This document shows, one piece after another, positions 10,597 through 22,044 of a DNA stretch of 40,745 nt (its first letter is position 1; each line of letters starts with the position of its first letter). The DNA is from Macrostomum lignano (taxonomy: Eukaryota): positions 1 through 40,745 of the forward strand of contig NIVC01002484.1 of the NCBI GenBank assembly GCA_002269645.1, in the 5' to 3' direction. A program made the translations under genes and the position numbers. The notes below the pieces were generated by a model. It had not been told where the DNA came from. It did no database searches and worked only from the letters and a program-made list of their open reading frames with translations.

Positions 10597-11391
10597 TAGA
10601 ATTCATTTGTCTATGTTCAAAAGAATCAAAACACTTTCACACACAAGCTATGCTTTCGTACCACTGACACGCCAACATTCGTGGAACTGATTGAAATTCT
10701 GCACACTCTAAAGAAAGCACAAAATTCATGTACTACTAATTTATGAGTAGAGTAATGATACGTGTGCTTGATCCGAACTGGCGAGTCATGCAGACAGATT
10801 AACCAATTGTCGCGCTCTCATATGTTAAGTCGCATGCAACAGTCAGTCATTTGCGTGACTCAATTATTGCCTGGAGCGATTGGTCTCTCCGAGATCTCGT
10901 TGTGCCCGCGAGCAAGTCTTGACTCTTGATGTTTACCAAAAGCGTTTTTGTCAGCATTCACTGGACCGCGACGGGCGGGCAGGAAGGCGCTACAGAGCTG
11001 AGTTACATGTTTAGGCTGGCTCATTCGACCGGGAACTCTGATTACGTAATCGGTCAGAAACCCGAATACTATGGGGGTACGCTAGCCACAGAATTTCTAT
11101 AATTAGCTAATGTTGAGCAATTGCAATTTTCTGCAGTCACTAAATATATGCATGCCGTGCCAGAGAGTGTAACTCAGAGTTTTCAGACAAGCTTATACAG
11201 ATGAGACGACACGTCAGTACGGAAATGCGTTGAATTGAATTGCTTTTGAAAACTTGGCTGGCTGTTTAGCTGGGGCTGTATCGAATATTTGGGGAGCAAA
11301 AATCATGTCCCACTCTGTCTGTCAGCCTTACCGCTTTCAATAGATCTTTCACTTTCGCCTGCCCCTCCCTCAGTTTCCACTCTCTTAGCAC

Positions 11392-12075
11392 CCAAGTGTT
11401 TCTCTTCCGCTCCCTCCTCCTCCACCCAGTGTTTCTCTTCCGCTCCCTCCTCCTCCACCCAGTGTTTCTCTTCCGCTCCCTCCTCCTCCCCCAGTGTTTC
11501 TCTTCCGCTCCCTCCTCCTCCACCCAGTGTTTATCTTCCGCTCCCTCCTCCACCCAGTGTTTATCTTCCGCTCCCTCCTCCACCCAGTGTTTATCTTCCG
11601 CTCCCTCCTCTCCAGTGTTTATCTTCCGCTCCCTCCTCCACCCAGTGTTTCTCTTCCGCTCCCTCCTCCACCCAGTGTTTATCTTCCGCTCCCTCCTCCA
11701 CCCAGTGTTTCTCTTCCGCTCCCTCCTCTCCAGTGTTTCTCTTCCGCTCCGTCCTCCTCCCCAAGTGTTTCTCTTCCGCCCTCTCCTCCTCCACCCAGTG
11801 TTTCTCTTCCGCCCCTCCTCCTCTCCAGTGTTTCTCTTCCGCTCCCTCCTCCTCCCCCAGTGTTTCTCTTCCGCTCCCTCCTCCTTCACCCAGTGTTTCT
11901 CTTCCGCTCCCTCCTCCTCTCCAGTGTTTCTCTTCCGCTCCCTCCTCCTCCCCCAGTGTTTCTCTTCCGCTCCCTCCTCCTCCCCCAGTGTTTCTCTACC
12001 GCTCCCTCCTCCTCCACCCAGTGTTTCTCTTCCGCTCCCTCCTCTTTCACCCAGTGTTTCTCTTCCGCTCCCTCC
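11392..12075. repeat. Pyrimidine-rich minisatellite of 30-33 bp (CAGTGTTTCTCTTCCGCTCCCTCCTCCTCCACC)
   Basis: Tandem units with a variable (CCT)n tail. Confidence 0.95.
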
Positions 12076-12685
12076 TCCCTTTCTCTTTCTCATTGGTTTG
12101 AAATTGCCCTCTTTTTGTACCCCGTAAAGTGATTTCCCATTGTAGTCATTTATTCGTCAATATATACGAGCGTATTATGTATACAATTTATTTGAAGCGT
12201 CGAAATCAATTCGAGAAAGAACGACTTGCGAGCGCAAAAATACGAGAATAGAGATTGACTTGAGAGAAAGGAAAGTTAATCAGCTTATTCTTTGTGGGGA
12301 AATCTCTGGACTGCTCTCTGCTTTTTGTAAACATTGCAAGGATTTGTTAATCATAAATTTGTCTGCTCTTCGCACTGCGGCTTAGGATCGACAGACGGTC
12401 CAGCACGAAAGCACAATTTTGAGGCAAAAATGATAAAAAAGAAGTGTATACGCTCGTAAGAGCCGGCAGTTCATGTAGTATGGTTGGTGTTTAGCTATAG
12501 GTAAACTACTATAAGTACTAGATGCGTCATTATTTTATGTACGTGTCGTGTTATAAAATCTATGGAAGATCAATAAGCACACATGCATATGATATTACAG
12601 CCTTTAGCACCAAGCCAACTTGACTTGATATATTGCTTCGAACTGATGAAATAACCTGCATTAAAATTCGAGCTACGGCTAACCT

Positions 12686-12990
12686 TTATTCGTATAGGTT
12701 TAATGCACAGCGATCTGGAAAACCTACGTGACCCCAGAAACAATTTCTGCTCCTAGAGGCCCTTCCTATACAGCTGGTCGGGATCGAGTCGCTGTCGTGT
12801 CTCCCCTGCCGATGAATTATTGAACTCTTGGGTAGTGACTCGGCCGTGATTGAATTCCGATGTTCTGCGGCTGTCCGCGACTCGTCAGCAGTGTGCTCTG
12901 CGAGGATATTCTTGATGCCGGCATTGAGCTGGTCTGCGGCCTCCGGGTCAAGCAACTGGACCTGCTGAGTGCACTGCTGCTGTCTTGGGG
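12686..12990 (-). CDS. Candidate terminal coding exon of an antisense gene (phase-1 start; [32 protein letters not shown]...NLYE*)
   Basis: Minus-strand acceptor GGCCCGCAG (AG at 12992-12991), same style as the CCCGCAG acceptors of the neighbouring genes. 305 nt open to TAA, with coding-like GC-rich codons in the 5' half. AATAAA overlaps the stop (12690-12685). No family recognised. Confidence 0.6.
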
Positions 12991-12999
12991 CTGCGGGCC

Positions 13000-13680
13000 G
13001 TGTGTCTGTTCTGTGTCTATGTCTGTGTCTGTCTGTGTCTGTCTGTCTGTGTGTGTGTCTTTGCGTGTGTCTGTGTGTGTCTTTGTGTGTGTCTGCGTGT
13101 GTCTGTGTCTGTGTCTATGTCTGTGTCTGTCTGTGTCTATGTCTGTGTCTGTCTGTGTCTGTCTGTGTCTGTCTGTCTGTGTGTGTCTGTGTGTGTCTTT
13201 GTGTGTGTCTGTGTGTGTCTTTGTGTGTGTCTGTGTGTGTCTGTGTGTGTCTATGTGTCTGTGTATTTGTCTATGTGTACCTGTCTGTGTCTATGTATAT
13301 AGCTATCTGTGTCTGTCTGGGTCTGTCTGTCTGTATGTGTCTGTGTCTATCTCTGTGTGTCTCTGTGTGCCTGTGTGTCTCTGTGTGCCTGTGTGTTTCT
13401 GTGTGAGTCTGTGTGAGTCTGTGTGAGTCTGTGTGAGTCTGTGTGAGTCTGTGTGAGTCTGTGTGAGTCTGTGTGAGTCTGTGTGAGTCTGTGTGAGTCT
13501 GTGTGAGTCTGTGTGAGTCTGTGTGTGTCTGTGTGTGTCTGTGTGAGTCTGTGTGAGTCTGTGTGAGTCTGTTTGAGTCTGTTTGAGTCTGTGTGAGTCT
13601 GTGTGAGTCTGTGCGAGTCTGTTTGAGTTTGTGTGTGTCTGTGTGTGTCTGTGTGAGTCTGTGTGTGTCTGTGTCTGTCT
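13000..13680. repeat. Compound (TG)/(TCTG) microsatellite grading into 10-bp (GTGTGAGTCT)n
   Basis: Direct reading; the 10-bp block lies at about 13400-13670. Confidence 0.95.
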
Positions 13681-14177
13681 TGGTGTAAGAATTTAAGTCT
13701 GCCTGTCAGTCTATGAGTCTGTTTGTGTCTGTCTATATGTCTGCCCATGTCTGTCTTTCTGACTGTCGTCTGTTTTTGTATCCGTCTGTCATTATCCCTG
13801 TATCTGCAGCAGCATTTTAGTTTATCATTGCATGTTTTCTCACCTTCCTGTATCAATCTGTCTGACTATATCTATTTAGATACTCATATTTCGACCAAAA
13901 CTGAGGTGCAACGTCAGCTAACCAAGCGCCCCTATCAAGCGCAGCTATTGCAGCACTGAGCAGGCAGACTGCACAAGCGCAAAATGATTTAGCAGTTCTC
14001 AATTAGCCTTGCGTTATTCGCTGCCGACTGCCTGGGCCAATCGCAGCTGTCACTCGCCTCCGCTCTATAGGAAAGGCCATATAGAAAAACAAGCCAAGTG
14101 CTACAGAACAGTTTTGCATGCTGCTAGTTGGAACACACTGCAAAGCATTTCTTGTCAGTCTCCTTCACGGATCAACT

Positions 14178-14391
14178 ATGGGGAGAAATCCCGTAACGTC
14201 GGAGTCGTCTGACGGCAGACGGTGTCGCATCGGCGGCTGCCGGCTGACCACCTGCTGCCTGCTGCCGCTGCTGTTGTACTTGCTGCTGGCCACCGTGAAT
14301 GGCTTGCTGGTGGCCGCCAGCGCTGCCGGAGCCGAGACGGCCGGCTCGATGCGCAGTCGAATATTTCTGGACAGGCTGGCGCTGTATAAGG
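14178..14391 (+). CDS. eva-1: EVA-1-like protein exon 1 (start codon and signal-peptide-like hydrophobic stretch)
   Basis: ATG at 14178. Translates MGRNPVTSESSDGRRCRIGGCRLTTCCLLPLLLYLLLATVNGLLVAASAAGAE...LDRLALYK; donor G|GTGAGC at 14392 (phase 1) matches the exon at 19504. Confidence 0.75.
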
Positions 14392-14401
14392 GTGAGCGGC
14401 T

Positions 14402-15346
14402 TGGGTGAATGTAGGATTGGTGTGGGTGAATGTAGGATTGGTGTGGGTGAATGTAGGATTGGTGTGGGTGAATGTAGGATTGGTGTGGGTGAATGTAGGA
14501 TTGGTGTGGGTGAATGTAGGATTGGTGTGGGTGAATGTAGGATTGGTGTGATTGAATGTAGGATTGGTGTGGGTGAATGTAGGATTAGTGTGGGTGAATG
14601 TAGGATCGGTGTGGGTGAATGTAGGATCGGTGTGGGTGAATGTAGGATTGGTGTGGTTGAATGTAGGATTGGTGTGGGTGAATGTAGGATTGGTGTGGGT
14701 GAATGTAGGATTGGTGTGGGTGAATGTAGGATTAGTGTGGGTGAATGTAGGATCGGTGTGGGTGAATGTAGGATCGGTGTGGGTGAATGTAGGATCGGTG
14801 TGGGTGAATGTAGGATTGGTGTGGTTGAATGTAGGATTGGTGTGGGTGAATGTAGGATTGGTGTGGGTGAATGTAGGATTGGTGTGGGTGAATTTAGAAT
14901 TGGTGTGGGTGAATGTAGGATTGGTGTGGGTGAATGTAGGATTGGTGTGGGTGAATGCAGGATTGGTGTGGGTGAATGTAGGATTGGTGTGGGTGAATTT
15001 AGAATTGGTGTGGGTGAATGTAGGATTGGTGTGGGTGAATGTAGGATTGGTGTGGGTGAATGTAGGATTGGTGTGGGTGAATGTAGGATTGGTGTGGGTG
15101 AATGTAGGATTGGTGTGGGTGAATGTAGGATTGGTGTGGGTGAATGTAGGATTGGTGTTGGTGAATGTAGGATTGGTGTGGGTGAATGTAGGATCGGTGT
15201 GGGTGAATGTAGGATTAGTGTGGGTAGCATTCACCCACAGTCATTAGTGTGGGTGAATGTAGGATTGGTGTGTGGGTGAATGTAGGATTGGTGTGGGTGA
15301 ATGTAGGATTGGTGTGGGTGAATGTAGGATTGGTGTGGGTGAATGT
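14402..15346. repeat. 21-bp minisatellite (GTGGGTGAATGTAGGATTGGT)n
   Basis: 21-nt period giving 7-aa periodic spurious ORFs; starts about 10 nt after the exon 1 donor. Confidence 0.97.
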
Positions 15347-15834
15347 GCTACTTGTGTAGATGAATTTGTGACTCTGTGAGTGAATATGTGGCTGATGGGT
15401 GAAATTGTGACCATGGTTTGTGTGACTTGATTTTGACTGATTGACTGTTTGGTTAATGTGTGTCAAGTAGGTTAGGGTTTTAAGATAGTCTAATAGGTTT
15501 TATTAACGTTTGGTGGTCAGTGGTGGACATTGTGAATATTCGATGTAAAATTCTGTGCCTTATGCACATCATGTGTTTTGTAAGTTATGCCTGTAATTCC
15601 ATTTTACCCGAGAATCTCGCTACTCACTTGGAGTGCAGGCGTGAGAACCAACTGAAATGCTCGTTTAATACCCGCTTCTTTTTGGCCTGATTCTGTTTAG
15701 AGACTTTTGCTTATGCTTTCTTTTGTATGCATATAATATAATACATCAAGGGCATCTGGGTAAAATGGCTTTAGTTGTTTGAAAATTACATGAAAACAGT
15801 AAGCTCTGGGTATACAGTAATAGACTGGGCAGAT

Positions 15835-16800
15835 GAATAGAGATGGATTGCTAATCTAGTCAAGAGTATAGAAATAGAGGTGGATTGCTAATCTAGTCAA
15901 GAGTATAGAAATAGAGGTGGATTGCTAATCTAGTCAAGAGTATAGAAATAGAGGTGGATTGCTAATCTAGTCAATGAGTATAGGGCATAGAGATGGATTG
16001 CTAATCTAGTCAATGAGTATAGGAAATAAAAGATGGATTGCTAATCTAGTCAATGAGTATAGGAAATAAAAGATGGATTGCTAATCTAGTCAATGAGTAT
16101 AGGAAATAAAAGATGGATTGCTAATCTAGTCAATGAGTATAGGAAATAAAAGATGGATTGCTAATCTAGTCAATGAGTATAGGAAATAAAAGATGGATTG
16201 CTAATCTAGTCAATGAGTATAGGAAATAAAAGATGGATTGCTAATCTAGTCAATGAGTATAGGAAATATGGATGGATTGCTAATCTAGTCAATGAGTATA
16301 GGAAATATGGATGGATTGCTAATCTAGTCAATGAGTATAGGAAATATGGATGGATTGCTAATCTAGTCAATGAGTATAGGAAATATGGATGGATTGCTAA
16401 TCTAGTCAATGAGTATAGGAAATATGGATGGATTGCTAATCTAGTCAATGAGTATAGGAAATATGGATGGATTGCTAATCTAGTCAATGAGTATAGGAAA
16501 TATGGATGGATTGCTAATCTAGTCAATGAGTATAGGAAATAAAAGATGGATTGCTAATCTAGTCAATGAGTATAGGAAATAAAAGATGGATTGCTAATCA
16601 AGTCAATGAGTATAGGAAGTAAAAGATGGATTGCTAATCTAGTCAATGAGTATAGGAAATAAAAGATGTATTGCTAATCTAGTCAATGAGTATAGGAAAT
16701 AAAAGATGGATTGCTAATCTAGTCAATGAGTATAGGAAATATGGATGGATTGCTAATCTAGTCGTAGTCAATGAGTATAGGAAATAAAAGATGGATTGCT
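15835..16800. repeat. 37-40-bp minisatellite (GATGGATTGCTAATCTAGTCAATGAGTATAGGAAATAAAA) in variant blocks
   Basis: Head-to-tail units with no spacers; blocks of 37-, 40-, 39- and 40-bp variants. Confidence 0.96.
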
Positions 16801-18019
16801 GACTCACTGACTAAGGAACAGCAGTGACTGCTAACTATCGCACTGATGATTGGATGGTGAATATTTCCTGAACCTCAAGTGTTAATACTATTAGAATATT
16901 TATTTTGCAACAGTGAAGCAGAATCGTCCACAGAGTATATTCTGTGGAATCGTCTGCTCCTTTAGCGGATTCGGGTTAAAGCAAATTATTTGTGCGCTGG
17001 TTGGCCGGATTTAATGATGCTTGGTCAGGAGGAGGCCCTTGCAATGGGCGCTCGGAAGCCGTGATATCGAACGCAAATACCACCTCGCTGGAGAGGGGAC
17101 GACCAGGCCACAACGCCATCGCAGAATTCTGTTGTCTTCCACTCTCTCTCTCCTAATACTTTCTATGCCAGCTTAATCTTATATAGTTCCCATGGCCCGA
17201 GCTACCCCAACCTGCAGCGGTTTATTGCCATTCACTTCTAAACTAAAGAAGACTAAGTAGCAAAAGAAGAAGCTTCTGTGTTGGTATAGAACTGCCTCTG
17301 TCATATCTGTGCGGGCCTATTGTAAACACCCTAACCAATGTGGGACACTGCGTTATTCTTGGGCTGAATTGTGCCAATTTTATTGCCGTAGAGCCCCGCG
17401 AAATGTGGGATGGGATGTGACATTTCCGCAACTGGCTGTTCGGGATTTATAAATATATAACTTTATTGTGTGGGGACTTCATCCGGCTTTATTAGACACT
17501 TTTGACAGGGCCTGACTCGAAATGCGTGTGTCCTCCCGTGTTTCACCTCTGCTACTACTGACAGCCCTAGCTCGCCCTCAGTACCCAACCCTGTATGACT
17601 CTATCTCCACATTTTTTCTCACTCAAGACCGCTAAGCATCCCCAGAAAGCGATATGCAACACGCTCTCCTCTATGCAGCTTGAGTGGCTTCACTGGAAGC
17701 AAATACTGCTGCTGCTGCTGCTGCTGCTGCTGCAATTCTGTGAGGGTAGGACAGCAGATTGCCCTGTAGAGTCACACCGTTGAATGCGAAAGTGGAAGAT
17801 GACGAATGGAATGGAATTTGAGCCACAACAAGCGATGGGAGAAACCCGTATATAAGGACACAAGTATGGGGATTTTTTATTGACTTCGATTTGCGTGGAA
17901 ACTGAATGGGCAGATGAAGAGGTTAATATGGAAGGCCCGTTTAAATCATTAGTGAATTGCAATAACTCTGCCAGTTACCATAGACAGCCAGCAATAATCT
18001 TTTACTTATTTGCGGCAGA

Positions 18020-18314
18020 TAGAGAGGCATATAGAATGGTAGATAGAGCGGCAGATAGAGCAGCAGATAGAGCGGCAGATAGAGCAGCAGATACAGTGGC
18101 AGATAAAGCAGCAGATAGAGCGGCAGATAGAGCAGCAGATAGAGCGGCAGATAGAGCGGCAGATAAAGCAGCAGATAGAGCGGCAGATAGAGCGGCAGAT
18201 AGAGCGGCAGAAAGAGCAGCAGATAGAGCGGCAGATAGAGAGGCAGATAGAGTGGCAGATAGAGCGGCAGATAGAGAGGCAGATAGAGAGGCAGATAGAG
18301 AGGTGGATAGAGAG

Positions 18315-18408
<94 letters not shown>
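18020..18408. repeat. 12-bp (GCAGATAGAGCG)n grading into (GA)n
   Basis: Direct reading; pure (GA)n at about 18316-18408. Confidence 0.95.
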
Positions 18409-18410
<2 letters not shown>

Positions 18411-18589
18411 GGATGCAGAAGTAGAGAGAGACTGGATAGAGGCAGAGAGGTAGATAGAGAGGTAGGTGAAGAGATGGAGCGAGCATCAGTTGATGGCCAC
18501 GCGGAATAAATGTAATGCATATAAATAAAAGTATGAAGGGGGAGCAGAGAGATCAGCTGATAAGGCCCTGTGTCAGCAGACATCGAAAG

Positions 18590-18960
18590 CGAACTGCTAT
18601 TCCATTCTCCCCAGGTAGAATCAGTCAGCAGCCTCCATGTTTCATTGCGAATCCAATCCTCTCTTCTCTGCGAGCCTTAGCCCTAGGGATAGTTGATGCA
18701 GATCTCACCGCCCACCTCTTCTTCCAGTCTCCCTATTGAGCCAAGCCAGCTGTTGCAGTCTCTATCCAAAATATCTATTGTTGTCTATCTCAATTTTTCG
18801 GCAGTAAAAGCGGAACGCTTGGGAGACAAAAACTGGGATTTCAGTACTGTTTCACTGGCTGATCTTCTAGCTCGCTTTGCCTATGAGACTGCAGAAGAGA
18901 TTTGAGTTGAAAATTCTGCAAATTCTTTTGTTTAATAATGCTGCTGTCTGTTGCAGAAGC
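18590..18960 (-). mobile_element. Possible decayed LINE (RTE/CR1-like) ORF2 fragment, endonuclease-RT linker
   Basis: Broken minus-strand frames give IIKQKNLQNFQLKSLL, then W...LEEEVGG, then RREDWIRNETWRLL. The order resembles the FQL...W...EEV...PWIS.ETW.LI linker of RTE-type LINEs. Multiple stops; judged by eye only. Confidence 0.3.
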
Positions 18961-19162
18961 ATCTGGATCGTAAAATATTCGGATGGCAATTAAATCTGTT
19001 TCTGTCGGGCAGTGTCACAGTAAAAACTGCTCGCCGCTTTCATTTCCAGTCATTTGCACTTTTAATAAAAAAAGCAATTTTAACTCCCTTAGAAAAGAAT
19101 GTGTTTGTTTTGTCACGTTTAATAGCTCGCAAATTAGCTTGCGAATTTCTAATTTCTTGAAG

Positions 19163-19450
19163 GGCTTGAGCGGAGAGGAAGGACAGGGAGGAGGTGGGTG
19201 CAGGGCTTGAGCGGAGAGGAAGGACAGGGAGTGAGGTGGGTGCAGGGCTTGAGCGGAGAGGAAGGACAGGGAGTGAGGTGGGTGCAGGGCTTGAGCGGAG
19301 AGGAAGGACAGGGAGTGAGGTGGATACAGGGCTTGAGCGAAGAGGAAGGACAGGGAGTGAGGTGGGTGCAGGGCTTGAGCGGAGAGGAAGGACAGGGAGG
19401 AGGTGGGTGCAGGGCTTGAGCGGAGAGGAAAGACAGGGAGTGAGGTGGGT
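19163..19450. repeat. 42-bp minisatellite (GCAGGGCTTGAGCGGAGAGGAAGGACAGGGAGTGAGGTGGGT)n, about 7 copies
   Basis: 42-nt period; ends about 53 nt before the exon 2 acceptor. Confidence 0.95.
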
Positions 19451-19503
19451 GTTGTGCAAGCACTGTCATTATAAAATATGCACCAAAAACCTGCACTCCG
19501 CAG

Positions 19504-19784
19504 AGACTATCAAGCAGTTCGTCCGACTGGAACGCCGGGTTGCCTGCCCGAGCAAGTCTGCGGCAGTTCTCAGCTGCCCGAAGGACACTCAGATTATTGT
19601 CGACTCTGTCGAGCCAGTGCAGCACCGTATCGGCGTCGGCTCTGCTGGGTCGGCAGCGAGCGGCGGTGGTGGCGGCGGCGTTTGTCGGTCCGGAAACGGT
19701 GAAAACCTGACCAGAGATGACCCCGCCTCGCGGAGCCGCCTGTCCAAGGCGCTGTCCCGTTGCACTATTAGCCGGGCCGAGAAG
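19504..19784 (+). CDS. eva-1: EVA-1-like exon 2, N-terminal part of first SUEL/Gal-lectin-like domain
   Basis: Acceptor CTCCGCAG ends at 19503, donor AAG|GTGTGT at 19785, phase 1-0. Translates ETIKQFVRLERRVACPSKSAAVLSCPKDTQIIVDSV...VCRSG...RCTISRAEK, with Cys spacing like the AC...L.CP....I.V motif of EVA-1 family domains. Confidence 0.8.
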
Positions 19785-21172
19785 GTGTGTTTTCTTCATT
19801 TTAGAGTGGAAATAGTTTTATTCAAATATACACTTGCCATTCCGAAGCACGTTAGTCAAGTTTAAATGTACTTTTACTCCGAAATGCGGGAATGTTGATA
19901 ACACATCAATAACACAGTGCTTATATTGCACAAAATTATCGCCAGTAACTTGTTATCCATCTGAGCTAAATAATTTATGCGAAGGAGAATAAAAATCCAT
20001 CCCACCTGGTCTGTCAGTTGCCATGCAGCCGCCGGCAGTGCTAATAATCAAACTGCACTTTCTGCTGCTTCCAGAAGCAGTTCCTTCTGCTTGAAAAATA
20101 AATTCAACCCCTGCAGCTGCCATCCGTCGGCTTCACCATCCAAAAACTCAAACCAGAAGTCCTCTTCCGCGCTCTGCGTGCGGTCTCTGGGGCGGGGCTG
20201 TAACAATCCTCATGTCCCTCCCGTACGAACAATGGGCCGCAGGCTGCTTCAGAATAACAGCACACCGTGCATGATTGCTTCCTGAGGCCAAGCAAGACCC
20301 ATCAAGATCTGACAGGCGGCTTGAGGACGGGATTCTGATCCCATCATTGCTGGGCGAACAGTTTTTGAAGGCCGATTTTCATACCTTCATTGCTTTTCTC
20401 TCAGGTGTGGCCTAAAAGCTACTTATTGATGAAAAGTTTTCAATGCCGAAGCAGAATGGCATAAAAAATTTGCTATTACTCTACTTGCACAGGCAGAGCA
20501 TAAATCATCCATCAGGTTTTATTGGCTGTCCATCATACTGGCGCCATGGCCGGCTCCTGTCATCTGGGAGGTCCCGTGTAGCCACAACCCATTGCTCAGC
20601 GCTCACTTAGCACTGGCAACAGATATCTCTCCTGCAGATGGATTGGAACATGTCCCAAAAATTAGTCATCCCCTCATCTCGTTGATCCCCACTCCCCAGC
20701 TCCCATTCTGCATTCTCCTATTTGTCAGTCGCATCTCGCAGAGGAGGGAGGGAGGCAGGGGAGACCTGGCGAAGGGAGCTGTCATCATCTCAAAGCTCAT
20801 CATCACGCCTGCCCTACTCTCCATGCAGTCTCCGGCTGCCCCTCATCTCTTTAAATCCATCAGAGGCCGGTCTGGACTGTGTCGCAGGACTCCCAACCCC
20901 CAACTCCAATTTAATCCCCTTTAGTAGTAAGGCCTAATGGACCTGAGGGAGGGTGGGGCCGCCTCTATTCAGTTCGATTGGTTGACAAAAAAGTCAGGCA
21001 ATGACAAGGGCTGCCATTGTGCAGCAACTGATGCTCACTTTGAATGGAATGGCAAAGCAGTTAAAAGTGCATGCTCAGCTGCTCGAATCATTGATTGCAA
21101 TTTTGTAAGCACTGTTTTTAACTATTACGTCATCAACTTGTTCAACACCACCCGACATGCAATCATGGTATT

Positions 21173-21790
21173 CCATTGTCACTCTTCCTATTGTCACTCT
21201 TCCTATTGTCACTTATTCCTATTGTCACTCTTCCTATTGTCACTCTTCCTATTGTCACTTATTCCTATTGTCACTCTTCCTATTGTCACTCTTCCTATTG
21301 TCACTTATTCCTATTGTCACTCTTCCTATTGTCACTCTTCCTATTGTCACTCTTCCTATTGTCACTCTTCCTATTGTCACTCTTCCTATTGTCACTCTTC
21401 CTATTGTCACTCTTCCTATTGTGTCACTCTTCCTATTGTCCTATTGTCACTCTTCCTATTGTCACTGTTTTTATTGTGTCACTCTTCTTATTTTCACTCT
21501 TCCTATTGTCACTCTTCCTATTGTGTCACTCTTCCTATTGTCACTCTTCCTATTGTGTCACTCTTCCTATTGTCACTCTTCCTATTGTCACTCTTCTTAT
21601 AGTCACTCTTCCTATTGTCACTCTTCTTATTGTCACTCTTCCTATTGTCACTCTTCCTATTGTCTCTTCCTATTGTCACTCTTCCTATTGTCACTCTTCC
21701 TACTGTCACCCTTCCATTGTCACTCTTCCTATTGTCGCTCTTCCTATTGTTACTTTTCCTATTGTCCTCTTATTGTCACTCTTCTATTAG
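21173..21790. repeat. 15-bp minisatellite (TATTGTCACTCTTCC)n
   Basis: Direct reading of units. Confidence 0.96.
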
Positions 21791-22044
21791 TAATTGCATT
21801 GATGTCACGACGACTTCCAATTAAGAATTTTTCTCTTTCACAATTTCTCTCTACACTCGTATATTCATACGTCGGCAGCACGTGTCACATTGCCACTCAT
21901 CATGTCATTCGCAAAAGTAGTCTGCAAGTTATTTTCCAATTCTCTCTCTCATTCCCACCAAAACTTCCTTTCTTCTCCGTTGTGCCCCTGCCGCCCTTGG
22001 CACTGAATTCAATCACGCTGCTCTCAACCTTTTTGTATCTACGA

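Noticed and set aside
14030-14100. CCAAT (14037-14041) and TATA-like motifs upstream of the eva-1-like ATG as a core promoter
   Set aside because: Such short motifs are common by chance, and the transcription start (or any trans-splice site) is unknown.
15835-16800. CRISPR-like array (37-40 bp repeats)
   Set aside because: Units are head-to-tail with no unique spacers, no cas genes are present, and the context is eukaryotic.
17706-17733. (CTG)9 tract as a poly-Leu or poly-Gln coding segment
   Set aside because: It is intronic, with no splice-supported exon on either strand; an ordinary short microsatellite.
20000-20340. Minus-strand peptide-like stretch (SAEEDFWFEFLDGEADGW...KELLLEAAESAV) suggesting a LINE or transposon fragment
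   Set aside because: Short, flanked by stops, with only a vague resemblance to RTE-type linkers; not supportable without a profile search.
20385-20411. Another 27-nt minus-strand candidate exon (TTTTAG|GCCACACCTGAGAGAAAAGCAATGAAG|GTATG)
   Set aside because: It is open only in phase 0, so it cannot sit between the phase-1 exons of the proposed antisense gene; no other support.
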